A stretch of 63,981 nt of DNA, the filler included, from Craspedostauros australis (Eukaryota), in assembly GCA_030167865.1 (NCBI GenBank). It is 11 parts of 11 records of this genome, joined end to end, with 100 filler letters (N's around TTAATTAATTAA, not from the genome) between each part and the next. Parts side by side here need not be neighbours in the genome. Positions count along the whole stretch, not along the records: positions 21,474 to 32,020 come from JALAGF010001587.1; positions 32,121 to 45,884 come from JALAGF010001589.1; 9 more parts are not named here. One strand, 5' to 3'. The notes beneath the pieces are model-generated. The model worked only from the letters and a program-made list of their open reading frames with translations, made no database searches and had not been told where the DNA came from. Both the position numbers and the translations under genes were made by a program. Shown here in pieces: positions 23,087-34,334 of the stretch (position 1 is the first letter of the stretch; each line of letters begins with the position of its first letter).

Positions 23087-25183
23087 ATGATGGCCGAGAA
23101 CGCCACCCCCACCCTGACCGCAGGCACAGCCGCGGAGTCTGGCGCCAACACCAGCGGGTTGCACCAGCGCAACCCCAACACCGACGCCGACGGCGGCCTC
23201 TGCCCCTTCGACATCGACTACAGCAACGTGAACAGCAACGTCGGCGGGTACGGCAACGACACCGTGAACGTGCGCGTGTTCGACCAGCGCTTCGAGATCT
23301 CTCGTGAGAGCCTGGACCCCGTGATCTCCTGCACCAAGACGAACATCATCAACTGGATGGTCGGCATCGGCTTCAACCTCGTTGTGTTCGCCATCCTGGT
23401 GGGCTTGGCCAACACCGACCGCGCCTGGATGTTCAGCTTCGTCCTCTCCATTCTCTACTCCGCCTTCCTCTGGAGGGTCGTCCTCCCCTTCTTCAACACC
23501 AAGTACCTCAGCTCCGGCGCCGTCGATGTCAGCGGTGCCGAGGCTGGAGCCTTCGGCATGCTGGCCTACGTCATCCAGCGCCCAGGCTACGGCGCCCTGC
23601 CCACCAGCGAACCAGCTGCGGCTGCTGCCTCCAGCGGCGCCACGCCCCCCAGCGAGAACCCGGCCAACGGCGGCGGACGCGGCATGCTCTTCGCCCACAG
23701 CGTCTGGTACTTCCTCGCCATCATGTCCCTCGCCGTGCCTCCGGCCTACGTCGTCCCCAGGCTCTTCGCGTGCCGCGGATACGACAACCGCCGCGATGCC
23801 CGTCCCCCGGCCGTCTACTGGGACACCGACGTCACCGCGCTGCCAAGCCGCGAAGTCGTCGAGTGGTTGGACAATCCGCCGGATGATCACGTCAAGATCG
23901 AGCACACCTGCCACATGCAGCTTCCGGACAAGACCCCGGTCTCCTACTTCCACTGCCGCGATCCGTACAACAACAAGGCCTCTCACAACGACGTCCGAAA
24001 GTCCAAGCCTCCGCTCAGAGAGCGCGGTCGTCCTCTCATCGTCAAGGTCGGCAACAACACCAGCCGTCAAGTCTTGAACGACTACAGCGTCTTCGGGCAG
24101 GTCGTGGCCGTGGACGAACATACGATCTGCTTCAACGGTGACAAGGCCAAGGGCAAGGAGAGCTACCTCGTCTGCGGGAGCTACGGAAACTTCAGGGAGA
24201 TCAGGAAGCACTCCGACCGTCCCTCTGGACTCGAAGGCATCAACAAGCAGCTGTGGTTCATGCAGGCACTGCCCGAGGAGGACATCAGCCAGGAGCTCAA
24301 CAGCAAGCAGTTCTTCATCCCAGGCTTCGATTACCCGCGCAGGCAATTCCCGGACGGCGTGGGCGGCAAGGCGGTCATTAGCATGGACCCGCACAGCTTC
24401 AAGGAGACGAAGTGGAGCGTCCTCAAGGACCAGGACTTCAGGTGGCACCAGCAGCCATCCACCGACAGGTTCTACCAGTGCCGCGGCGTCCAGATCAACG
24501 ACGGCAAGTCCCTCGGCTACATGTTCCTCGTCGGCCTCCCGCTCATCGTCTTCAGCGCCAAGGTCTGGATGGAGAAGGCCGTCCCATCCGCCCCCACCGC
24601 GATGTACTTCGGCTTCATCATATTCGCCATCTTCGTCTCCTCGCTCAACGACTCCGTCGGACCAGGCAGCCAGGGATTCATCAACGCCCGCATCGTCGGC
24701 ACGTCGGTCTGGATCGCCTTCTGCGTCCTCCAGTTCGCATCGGCCAGTTCGTCGCAAGCGCCATCGACCACGCAGCCGCCATCATCCGCAGCCAGCGGCC
24801 ACTCCCTGCGAGCGCCGTTCTGGTGGAGCCTCTACGCCGCGATCGCCGTCGTCACCATGTTCTACCCGTCCTTCCTGACGGCCAAGGGCCTCACCTTGGC
24901 CAACGCCGCGTTCCTCGTCTACCTGCCAATCGCTGTCATCAGCCTCCTGGCCGGCGGCCGCTACCTCTTCTGCGCGTCGACCATGGGATTCGTCATCAAG
25001 GCCCTCGTCATCGGGTCGCGCGACGACACCCATTTCATCTACCCATCCGTCTTCTTCGCCCTGGCCCTCGCGGCCTGTGTCCTTTCCAAGTGGAAGTTCA
25101 CCAGCGAGATGCTCAACGACTGGTGCCAGCGTCGCTTCGGACGTGACATCTTCAACATGAGCAACGGCGGCAAGGCCTGGTAG
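23087..25183 (+). CDS. Uncharacterised polytopic membrane protein (about 3 N-terminal TMs, a Cys-containing loop domain, about 7 C-terminal TMs)
   Basis: Intronless 698-aa ORF with strong C/G third-position bias, a C/A-rich 5' leader and many hydrophobic segments. Confidence 0.8.
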   Translation: MMAENATPTLTAGTAAESGANTSGLHQRNPNTDADGGLCPFDIDYSNVNSNVGGYGNDTVNVRVFDQRFEISRESLDPVISCTKTNIINWMVGIGFNLVVFAILVGLANTDRAWMFSFVLSILYSAFLWRVVLPFFNTKYLSSGAVDVSGAEAGAFGMLAYVIQRPGYGALPTSEPAAAAASSGATPPSENPANGGGRGMLFAHSVWYFLAIMSLAVPPAYVVPRLFACRGYDNRRDARPPAVYWDTDVTALPSREVVEWLDNPPDDHVKIEHTCHMQLPDKTPVSYFHCRDPYNNKASHNDVRKSKPPLRERGRPLIVKVGNNTSRQVLNDYSVFGQVVAVDEHTICFNGDKAKGKESYLVCGSYGNFREIRKHSDRPSGLEGINKQLWFMQALPEEDISQELNSKQFFIPGFDYPRRQFPDGVGGKAVISMDPHSFKETKWSVLKDQDFRWHQQPSTDRFYQCRGVQINDGKSLGYMFLVGLPLIVFSAKVWMEKAVPSAPTAMYFGFIIFAIFVSSLNDSVGPGSQGFINARIVGTSVWIAFCVLQFASASSSQAPSTTQPPSSAASGHSLRAPFWWSLYAAIAVVTMFYPSFLTAKGLTLANAAFLVYLPIAVISLLAGGRYLFCASTMGFVIKALVIGSRDDTHFIYPSVFFALALAACVLSKWKFTSEMLNDWCQRRFGRDIFNMSNGGKAW

Positions 25184-25561
25184 GTGTTATCGTCATAGAT
25201 CAGACTCTATTTTTTGCATTTAAATGAATGAACTATACAATAATGCTTTAGAAAAGTAATTGGCAGTGGTTGTCGTCATACTGCGTGGAAGCAGTACGTG
25301 CCAAGGGCGCGTTGTATGCTTTGCGTCGTTGTTGTTTTGGAGGTGCGGTCGCGGGCTTGTCAACCTGGTGTATCTGCCTTGACGATACGTAGCGGTGAGG
25401 AGGCAAACTTGTGCAGCACTTGCGAGACCTCAGTCTTGATACAATTTGCAACACACTGAACGACTTGACATGACATGAAACGGGCGTTTGTGGAGTATGG
25501 TGCAATTGTTTCTGCTATTGCGATGTTATTTGCAGGACTGTATTCGTATGTACACTTGCCG

Positions 25562-25963
25562 TCAACACGAGTCGGTTCCGTTGCAAGCCAGCGCGATCCC
25601 ACTTGGCGCATCATCGCGATCCGGCGCTACGCGACAATGTCGGCGCGGACAGCGAGACATGCCGACGAGGATGAGGAGCACCAGCACAACGATCCAGATG
25701 ATGAAATTGGACAGCAGCCCGCGCGATGACTGAAGGTCGCGTCGTTGGATGCGGGCGTGGAATGGAGACTCATGCATGGAACGTCGTTGGTCCATCGATT
25801 GCGCGCTTGACATGCGATGATCATCGCCGTGTGGTCCGAATGATAGATGGTCTGGTGGCACAGCCGTGTTCGTTGGCAAGAAGACGGCATTGGCGCAATC
25901 CACCGAGAGGTGCGCGATGATGCTGAGGACGGCGAGGAAGGAGATCGAGAGCGGAGCTTTCAT
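25562..25963 (-). CDS. Small putative single-pass protein (signal peptide, RXL motif, TM helix)
   Basis: Signal-like MKAPLSISFLAVLSIIAHLSVDCANA, then RRDLQ and TM IIWIVVLVLLILVG. No homologue recognised. Confidence 0.4.
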   Translation of the reverse strand: MKAPLSISFLAVLSIIAHLSVDCANAVFLPTNTAVPPDHLSFGPHGDDHRMSSAQSMDQRRSMHESPFHARIQRRDLQSSRGLLSNFIIWIVVLVLLILVGMSRCPRRHCRVAPDRDDAPSGIALACNGTDSC

Positions 25964-27154
25964 CTTGGAATGGTGGTGGCAAAGCTTGATGGCGCTTGCT
26001 GTATTGATTGGTTGCTCCGCAGGAATTGTGCGAAGTGCGTGGTCTGCAATATGGTCATCTGGCCAGGAAGTTATGGCAGAGTACTGTGCGGTTTCCATCA
26101 TGAGTGGAAATCAGGTTCCATGCTTGTAATCTTGGAGACTCCTTGTCGCGATCCCACCACGACATGATGACCGCCATTGCATTGCATGTGCAATCGTTGC
26201 GCGCCAACTTTGGAATCCGTTGCATCTTTGGCATCCCCACGCGCCGCCGATCACATCATCGCAAGCCTGGAAACGTCCATGCCCATCGCAGGTATAGTGC
26301 AGCTTGTGACAGCGATCGTCTGAGCCAGATCCCCCTGCAATCCATGCCGTTCCATTGCCGTCATTGTCATTGTCGTTGGCAGCGTCTTTGGCCGAGTCTT
26401 CGTGATGGTTGGCTTTGAGTTCCCATCGGATCTTTTCTTTGTTGGATGCAATTCTTGGCATCTATTGAGTCACGCGTGAATCAATACTCTATCGAGATGA
26501 GTGCAGATGATGCCTGTGGAATGATGCGAATAAGCAATAGAGCACTCCAGAGAGAGAGAGAGAGTTCACTCATGGACAGATGGTGATACAAACGTTGGAA
26601 TATGTGGCACTGTGATTCTTCATCGCTGATGTCTGACATGCACGCAGCTCGATGGCAGGAATGGGCAGTTTCCACAAGTATAATACTTGGATTCGAGAAT
26701 TGGCATCGCCTGGTGCAACACCGACCATCAGTCCTCGTCGTCCTGATTGTCCTGTGCCATTCCCCGACTTGGGGTTGCTTCGTATGGTATATGCAGTGCA
26801 AGCTGGAGGCGTCGCAGGCTGCACTCCAGAGCAATCGCAGTTGCATGGAGACTGAAAACGGAAAATAGATGCAGACGACTAGCATGTGCAATGCTACGTG
26901 AGCTGGTGACAGGAACTGCATGGGACAGTTGAGAACATCTCCCTTGATAGGCAACATGCAGCAACACAATTGAAGCGGGCTCCTTCGCAGAATGCAGCGG
27001 AGCAATTTGACACTGTGATATCTATTATAGTATGGAGGAAGTTCTTTGCTTGTGTCGTTGTGCTTGGTGGGAGTCCCAATAGAGACCAACAACAACATCA
27101 TTCATTGACTCAACAATGAGGATCTTCGCTCCACTCCATTTTGAAAACGTCGGT

Positions 27155-28603
27155 TTACTTCTTGCCCTTACCCTTCTTCTCACCCTTGGAGAGCTCCGGT
27201 GGACCACGCACGAAGGGAAGGAATTCCTTGCCGCCCATGAAGGGACGCAGGACTTCGGGCACGACGACCCCCTCCGGAGTCTGGTGCGTCTCGAGGAGAC
27301 AGCAGATGCCACGTCCCGTCGCGCAGAGCGTGGCGTTGAGCATGTGACAGTAGGAGGCGCGCGCCGAGAGGCCCTTCTGGCTGGACTTGCCACCGCATCG
27401 CACGCCGACGCCGCGGGCCTGGTAGTCGGTGCAGTTGCTGCAGGAGACGAGTTCGCGGTAGGCCTGCTGTCCCGGGAACCATGCCTCTAGGTCGTACTTC
27501 TTGATGGCGGCGTCGTTGAGCTCGTGGGAGACGAGGCAGACGACGCGGTAGGAGAAGCCTAGGGATTGGTAGAATTCCTCGGCGGCCTGCAGCATGCGCT
27601 TCTGCTCGGCCTGCGAGACCTCCAGGTCGTCGTCCGTGAGGCAGAACTGCTCGATCTTCTCGAACTGGTGCACGCGGAAGATGCCGCGGATGTCCTTGCC
27701 GGAGGAGCCGGCCTCCTTGCGGAAGCAGGTGGAGATGCCGGCGTAGCGCAGGGGGAGCTGCGACTTGTCGACCCACTCGTCCTTGTGGTAGGCGCAGATG
27801 GGCTGCTCGGAGGTGGCGATGAGGTACTTCTCGGTGGACCCGCTGGGGTCGTCGGTCTTGCCGCTGACCTTGTAGAGCTGCTCGTCGAAGTCCTCGAGCT
27901 GCGCGATGGAGGCCATGACGTCCTTGTTCATCATGAAGGGCGGCTGCAGGATGTTGTAGCCCCTGGCGCCCAGGAAGGCGATGCCGTAGTTGATGATGGC
28001 CTGGTTGAGGAGGACGCCAGCGTTGGTGAGGAAGTAGGCGCGGTGGCCGGCGACGTTCTGGCCGCGCACGGGCTCGTAGCCGCCGATGCGCCACAGCAGC
28101 TCGTCGTGCGTGAGGGGCTTGGTGGGCGGCAGGGTGTACTGCAGCTTGCCCTGCGAGGCCGGCAGCAGGCCCTCGTTGGCCTCGGCCTCCGGAGGCGTGG
28201 GGTGCAGCTGCACGACCAGGTTGTCCTCGTCCTCGTTCTCAGAGATGGGCACCTCGGGATCCACGATGTTCCCGATCTTGCCCAGCAGCTTGTCGCGGTT
28301 GGCGGCGATCAGCGGCAGCTCGGCCTCCTTCTCCTTGATCTGCAGCTGCACGGCCTTCATCTCCGCGATCTCCGCGCTGCAGTCCTCCTTGGCCTTCTTC
28401 TTGGGCGTGATCTTCTCCTTCTGGATCTTGTTCACCGTCTTGCGCAGCTCATCGCGTTCCTTCGTCAGGTTGCGCCAGCGCTCGTCCTCCGCGATCACCT
28501 CGTCCACCCATTCCACGGGTTTGAAGCGGTTCTTCATGTGCGTGCGCCATTTATCTGGCTCTCCGCCCTTGTAGTCTCTCAGTTCGTTTATGTCGATGGG
28601 CAT
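27155..28603 (-). CDS. SARS1: Seryl-tRNA synthetase, cytosolic type
   Basis: N-terminal coiled-coil arm, YLIATSEQPI, motif 2 STCFRKEAGS.GKDIRGIFRVHQFEKIEQF, KKYDLEAWFP, ELVSCSNCTDYQAR and motif 3 HMLNATLCATGR. Confidence 0.97.
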   Translation of the reverse strand: MPIDINELRDYKGGEPDKWRTHMKNRFKPVEWVDEVIAEDERWRNLTKERDELRKTVNKIQKEKITPKKKAKEDCSAEIAEMKAVQLQIKEKEAELPLIAANRDKLLGKIGNIVDPEVPISENEDEDNLVVQLHPTPPEAEANEGLLPASQGKLQYTLPPTKPLTHDELLWRIGGYEPVRGQNVAGHRAYFLTNAGVLLNQAIINYGIAFLGARGYNILQPPFMMNKDVMASIAQLEDFDEQLYKVSGKTDDPSGSTEKYLIATSEQPICAYHKDEWVDKSQLPLRYAGISTCFRKEAGSSGKDIRGIFRVHQFEKIEQFCLTDDDLEVSQAEQKRMLQAAEEFYQSLGFSYRVVCLVSHELNDAAIKKYDLEAWFPGQQAYRELVSCSNCTDYQARGVGVRCGGKSSQKGLSARASYCHMLNATLCATGRGICCLLETHQTPEGVVVPEVLRPFMGGKEFLPFVRGPPELSKGEKKGKGKK

Positions 28604-31600
28604 CTTGTTGTTGCTTGTTGTTGCTTATTGGTCTCTGTTTGTTTCTGATTGTTTGTTTGGAGTGGAGTGTGGGTCTCAGTGTGGGTCTCAGTGTGGGTAT
28701 CGGGCCAAGGTGGTGTGAGGTTTGATTGTGTTCGACAAGCTCTTCGTATCCTCCTTTGCGTGTTCCTCTTGATGTCTTGGTGTGTTCGTGCGCTTGTTTG
28801 TGTTTGCGCGATGCACGCCGCAACAACAAAGATCCAGTCCACGTGCGGCCAAGCTTACGATGGATAGGCGTAACTCCTGCTCAATACTCCTACTGTATAT
28901 TTGTCAATTAGTCAATATGCGATCGAAGGAATCAAAGCGGGACGCCGGACAACATCGACTCTGTCCAAGTGCCACGTCCGACGAAACCAAGATGGGGGTG
29001 CAATTTGGACCGTGAACGCAGTGTCCTGTGAATCAACCGAACTACGACATGGTTAAGCATGATTCAGTGAAACACCGACGCACGTAGTTTGTACTAATTG
29101 TCGTGCACATTCTATCCTAAATTTACGATCGTTGGAGAGTGGTGGAAAAAGTTGCGACGGAACCGTGCGACTTGAATCTGGTCGTAAAATTGGGTTCCAT
29201 TTCCTTCCTTCCCACAAATTGAAAGACGGTGCGAAATGGAACCTCCCTTGTTTCGTGCGGTTGGATGACAAGACGTACCACACACCACACAAAACCGGAT
29301 GATTCACACAAAACTGCGAATCAGTTGCGGTCCCGTCCGAGGAGGAGATGGAGCGAGCGAAAGAGGTGGCGCCGCAATGGCGATGATGATGCGTCATGGC
29401 ATGGGTAGCGGACGTTCGACCCGGTGCGGCGTAGCTGAGGGCGGCGGGTTGTCGCGCTGGCCTTTTCCTCGAGGAGCGGCGGTCGCCAATGACTGTCGTC
29501 CAAGGCAAAACAGGAGACGAACGATAACGCTGACGAGTTCTTGGAGCAGCATGCGGTCGAGTGTGCGACGAAGCGGCCGTTTCTGTTCGTTGGCATCGCT
29601 ATCGGTGCTCCATGCGCGCGACGAGGGGGGGGGGAGACGGATTGATCGGAATGGCAGGCGTACCACGGGACGCACACCAGAGAGAGGATTCATGCGGAAC
29701 GCAATCGATCGAGGCTGCTCTTCCCCATGGCGTCGCCCGTCTTTGCTGCTTCAGAGTAAGCGTCGAATGTGGTGGACGCAGCAGAGCACAAGTGGAGAGC
29801 CAGTGGAGAGCCAGTGGAGAGCATGCTGCTCACCCCACAGCAGCGCTTCGTTCTGCACACCCAACGTGTGAATCCTTGTGGAGGACTCTAGAGTAGTATA
29901 CTAATACCTATGGTGCCCAGAACATTGCGGGGAGACTGAGCACCGAACGAGCCCTCACAGCGCACTGCAATGGTCCACATCAGGTGCCTTACGACTAGCC
30001 CGGCGGACGAGGATCTACATCCAAATGCGAGGTCCACTCATATCATCATCTTCGTGATGACGCAGCAGTCACGAGCTGTGTCGCCAGGATTACGTCATGC
30101 ATGACGCGTCAAACGCCCTGCGCATTCTCGTGTCATCAAAAGCAACACGCTGCGAGTGTGTCCGACCATTGGGGTTCATCAAGGAAGCACTTCTGCTGTC
30201 CCTTTGATAAACAGTGGGCATACGAGAACGAGAACCCCCAATGATCAGAACAGTCCAACGGTCAGGTGCCCCATCTTGTCCACATCTCATGCAATTCCGA
30301 TGGTCCGCGAAAGATCCCGAGGTGTCAAGGATGATGGCAGTGTATCCGTACTCTCGTCGCCACGGTGAAGGCGGACAGAGGGCGTCTCCAATCCCCCACA
30401 ACTTGAAGACGAATTTCACGAAAGCAAAATTCTCATTCATGTCGGCTCCCAATAGAGGAATGCCGACACACTTCTTCAAGGTATTGGAGGCCATGGTGTT
30501 CCACTATTCGCATTGTTGCAGTGGCACGGCATCATCTTCATCCCAAAGCGGATCCATCAGTCATCGTCATCCACCACATCAGTGGTGTGTCGCGAACTGG
30601 CGATTGGGATCTCTTTTCGTCCATATCGCAACTGCTTCTACTTGCACCTATTCTACCTGATAGGAGAACGAGATTTGGGTCAGGCGGCACACACATTCCC
30701 TTTGGGCCAAGCGGGGATCGCATCGCGTTCGCATGTACCACGCACAGTCCCAACACGAAAACCGTGGCTGCTCTCTGTTCGGATTTGATCGTCGCCTTCC
30801 CATCTGTCTCCTCTCATCCGCCATCGACATGCTTGTCCACATCAAGGAGATTACCATTTCAAGCCGGACGAGTCATTGGGATGCGTGATACTCCTGGAAT
30901 ACCTGTGCTCTGGGAGGTGCGGTCATCCCGTGGTTTCAACGCCGACGCCGCTGCTCCACATGTTGCGCAATTCTTGACTCACTCGACTAAGATGCACATC
31001 CCGTTGGATGTCGTCGAAACGAAAACTCGTGACATGAGTGCAGAGTGTGTGTCACAATGTCTGTCTGGTTGGCCTCATTCGTTGTTCCCAAAGGCAATCA
31101 TGACACAACACAGTAGCGTCCGTCCTTGCCACCTTCTGCTGGTTTGGCCTCCATTCCGATGAAGCATGCCATTGTGACGTCACTCGTGCTCACTATCGCG
31201 CACGCTGCAGCGCCTCGGTTGGGCTCAGCAGTTTCCTCCGATCGACCAGGATGACTGCAAGATCGTTCAAGTGACTGACGCTCTGTGCGCTTTTCGCTCG
31301 TTGTTGCTCCTTTCCTTACCTGCACGTCTCGGTTTTCCGCAGGTGGGACCGGTGGAGAACATCAACATTTGGCCGATGCGCTTCCACGTCTGCGGAGCGT
31401 ATTCTGTCTTGTCTGTTTCGCCGTTGTGTTTTTCGCCAGTGCAAGGAGTGATGCATGCAAAACGGTCAGAACGGGGTTGCAGTGCCAACACAAGCATGGC
31501 CCACCGCGATACACAACACTACCAGCACTTCCCACGCTTGCATGTGTGTGAGGCAATTTGTGCGTAGTTCTCTGATCGCCCCTTCGAGTGGTGGAGTGTG

Positions 31601-32120
31601 TGTGAAGACCAAAACTGTGCTGATCAGAGTAGTGCCCATCTGTGCTTGTGGTGGCAGGATGCATCAGCAGAACGGCCCCACCTCCAACACACCAGCATAC
31701 TGCTCTCACAACACAGCCACTGATTGTTTGCTTCTGGACAACTAATTGACAACAAACTGCTTGTCTAGACTACATTGTGCTGCAATTCGTCTTAGTTGGT
31801 TGGCTATTTATTATTATTCGTTGCAGTAAGGTGGCTATGGGGTGGATCACGCATGATAGTCTATTAGTCTACGCATGCCTAGTCGTGACCCATGCGTTCG
31901 CGAGCGGTCAGAAGCGCCTTGTCTGGATCGAATGCGGGGTAGCCGTTCCCAAGTTCGATTTGCGTGATCACAGCAACAGCATGAAACACAGTTTGGTGTT
32001 TGTCGACATGGTGGCGCCATNNNNNNNNNNNNNNNNNNNNNNNNNNNNNNNNNNNNNNNNNNNNTTAATTAATTAANNNNNNNNNNNNNNNNNNNNNNNN
32101 NNNNNNNNNNNNNNNNNNNN

Positions 32121-32477
32121 GCTCCCAAAGCGTCTGCCTCTGGTTCTCTCTCTTTCCCATACGGTCGCGAGCTCTATCTCACGGCCACCATGGACTATGT
32201 GTGCGAGTACTGCTTCAGCGCCTACAACGATGACGATGATTGGTACCTTGGCGCGGATGCTTCCGCTCAGGCTGACGGCAAGAAGACCAACAAGAAGACT
32301 GACAAGAAGACCGACAAGAAGGCCGAGAAGGCTGAGTCTGAGTTGCTGAACAAGAGCCCACCTCCGATGGATGATGACGTGTTGTCCATGTTGGAGGACG
32401 CTTGGTGTCTCATGATGCAGAACAGTGGATCTCCTCGCCTGGCCAACGTGAGCGACTGCAAGGTCACATTCAACTGA
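32121..32477 (+). CDS. 3' end of an unknown protein (CxxC followed by DDDD, K-rich linker, C-terminal Cys pair), truncated by a gap
   Basis: The frame is open from the contig edge (APKASASGSLSFPYG...YVCEYC...DDDD...LEDAWC..MQNSGSPRLANVSDCKVTFN*), with gene-like codon usage. Confidence 0.55.
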   Translation, partial: APKASASGSLSFPYGRELYLTATMDYVCEYCFSAYNDDDDWYLGADASAQADGKKTNKKTDKKTDKKAEKAESELLNKSPPPMDDDVLSMLEDAWCLMMQNSGSPRLANVSDCKVTFN

Positions 32478-33105
32478 GCATCGGTACTCGTCCAGCAGAG
32501 CATCACACACGCACACGCACCCAACCACAAGACAGAAAGAGAAGCAGCAACAAGATGGAATAGACGAGCGTAGCACCGCCTCGACCAGTCCTCCACACAT
32601 ACTTCCTAACTACGAATATGCAATAGTTGACCCTTTCACACCACCTGCTGTTCTTCATCATGAGTACCTGTTGAATCAAATGGATGGCGATGCCAAGTGT
32701 CGCGCACACAAGAAATGGCTGCGTGCATTGCCAACCATGTCTAGATTAGATGAAGTAGGGTTCGTGATTGAATCGAAATACGTGACTGAATTGTTCAACC
32801 AAGACTCCGAATCCAAAGCCAAAGATACGATGACACAATTCGACCACACACAGCAACGCCTCCACACGCAAACTCGGGATTCGGGTTGGTGAGGTTCTCA
32901 TCAGTGCGGTGCTGACACATGCGCTCTCCCACATGTTCGCCCATCGTGTTGGCGCACAAGATCCACAGGAACAGGAACTGGTGGTGACGTGTTGCACAAC
33001 CAACACAATCCCCTTCTCGGATCTTCCGTCCAGACTGACACAAGAAACATCATCAACAACAACAACAACAGCGTTAGTGGTACCATACTCGCACAGCGCA
33101 CCACG

Positions 33106-34074
33106 ATGGCATCTCTGCGCGCGCTGCTGCGGCGATCCGCGATGGATGCATGCGTTGGCAGCAAGAGCAGGGGACTGCAGGCATCCCATGCGAGACGATC
33201 GCTGCATTCGCAGTTCTTCACGCAGCGATGCCAGCAGCGCAGCCCCGTGTGGCAGCAATCCACGGCTGGCATGGCGCGATGGACCAAGGTGCGGCCCAAG
33301 CGCATACGAGTCATCACCATGGACGTGACGGGCACCATCGTGTCGTTCCGCGGCAGCCTGCAGAAGCATTACCTCGGCGCTGCCTCCAAGTGCGGCATCA
33401 ACGTGGACATCGACGAGAAGACGATCCAAGACGCATTCAAACGGGCCTACAACGAGACCTCCAACCTCTATCCCTGCTTCGGAGGCCCCACTCTGTCCGC
33501 CAAGGAGTGGTGGAAGGAATGCGTCATCAAGAGCTTCACGTACTGCGGCATCCGCATGACGCCCATCCAGGAGGTGCAGGTCTTCCAGCGGATATACAGC
33601 ACCTTCGGTTCCAACGCCGCCTACAGCGCCTTCGACGACGCGCGGCCCTTCCTGCGTTGGGCACAGCGCAACGGTATCGTGTGCGGGGTCCTGTCCAACG
33701 CCGATGAACGGTACGGCGACTCCATCCTTCCCATGCTCGGCTTCACGCACGACGAGCTGCAGTTTCAGGTCTTCAGCAAGGACGTCGGCTTCGAAAAGCC
33801 ATCGCCGCAGATCTTTCGCGCGGCCATGTCGCAGGGTGAGTCGTTGTTTGCGGCGGGTGCGGAACCGTGCCTTCCATCCGAGGTGCTGCACATTGGCAAC
33901 GATTTTCGCAAGGATTTTGAGGGTGCGCGCAGCATGGGCATCCACTCGCTGCTGCTGGACCGGTACGGGGAGGAGGATCTTGCCGATGAGTGGAAGCGAA
34001 GAGGAGCTCCGGTTCTCATGGACCTCATGGATGTCGTGGAATACCTGGGTCGCAGTGGCTGCAAGCTTGGGTGA
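33106..34074 (+). CDS. HAD-superfamily hydrolase (HDHD3/REG-2-like) with a probable N-terminal transit peptide
   Basis: Motif I ITMDVTGTI, motif II VLSNAD, motif III GFEKPSPQIF and motif IV LHIGNDFRKDFEGA. R/S/A-rich N-terminus. Confidence 0.9.
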   Translation: MASLRALLRRSAMDACVGSKSRGLQASHARRSLHSQFFTQRCQQRSPVWQQSTAGMARWTKVRPKRIRVITMDVTGTIVSFRGSLQKHYLGAASKCGINVDIDEKTIQDAFKRAYNETSNLYPCFGGPTLSAKEWWKECVIKSFTYCGIRMTPIQEVQVFQRIYSTFGSNAAYSAFDDARPFLRWAQRNGIVCGVLSNADERYGDSILPMLGFTHDELQFQVFSKDVGFEKPSPQIFRAAMSQGESLFAAGAEPCLPSEVLHIGNDFRKDFEGARSMGIHSLLLDRYGEEDLADEWKRRGAPVLMDLMDVVEYLGRSGCKLG

Positions 34075-34334
34075 TGCGATTGTGGTTGATTTCCGAAGCA
34101 GGGAGAGTGGATGGAAGCGACAATCAGCGTGATGATGTGGCGTGACACGGCATTATGCATATTCACAACTTCCACTCCATTCCAGACATTCCATTCCATT
34201 CCATACAACTTGCACAGATCATACCGCAAAAATAGTATCCAAACTGCTGTGAGCACGATAGTTACGTCAACTCTCTTGATTCACACCAGAAACTCTCTAT
34301 CTGTGCGAATACTGCTCTGCTTGCGTCATATTCC

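Noticed and set aside
22751..24757. 668-aa antisense ORF (likewise 27566-28648, 32746-33945, 39889-41343 and 11412-12302)
   Set aside because: These are shadow ORFs caused by high GC3 in the real gene on the opposite strand, and they contain no motifs.
30090..30494. ORF with ILDTSGS resembling a vWA MIDAS motif
   Set aside because: The ORF is short, has no other vWA features, and its codon usage is not gene-like.
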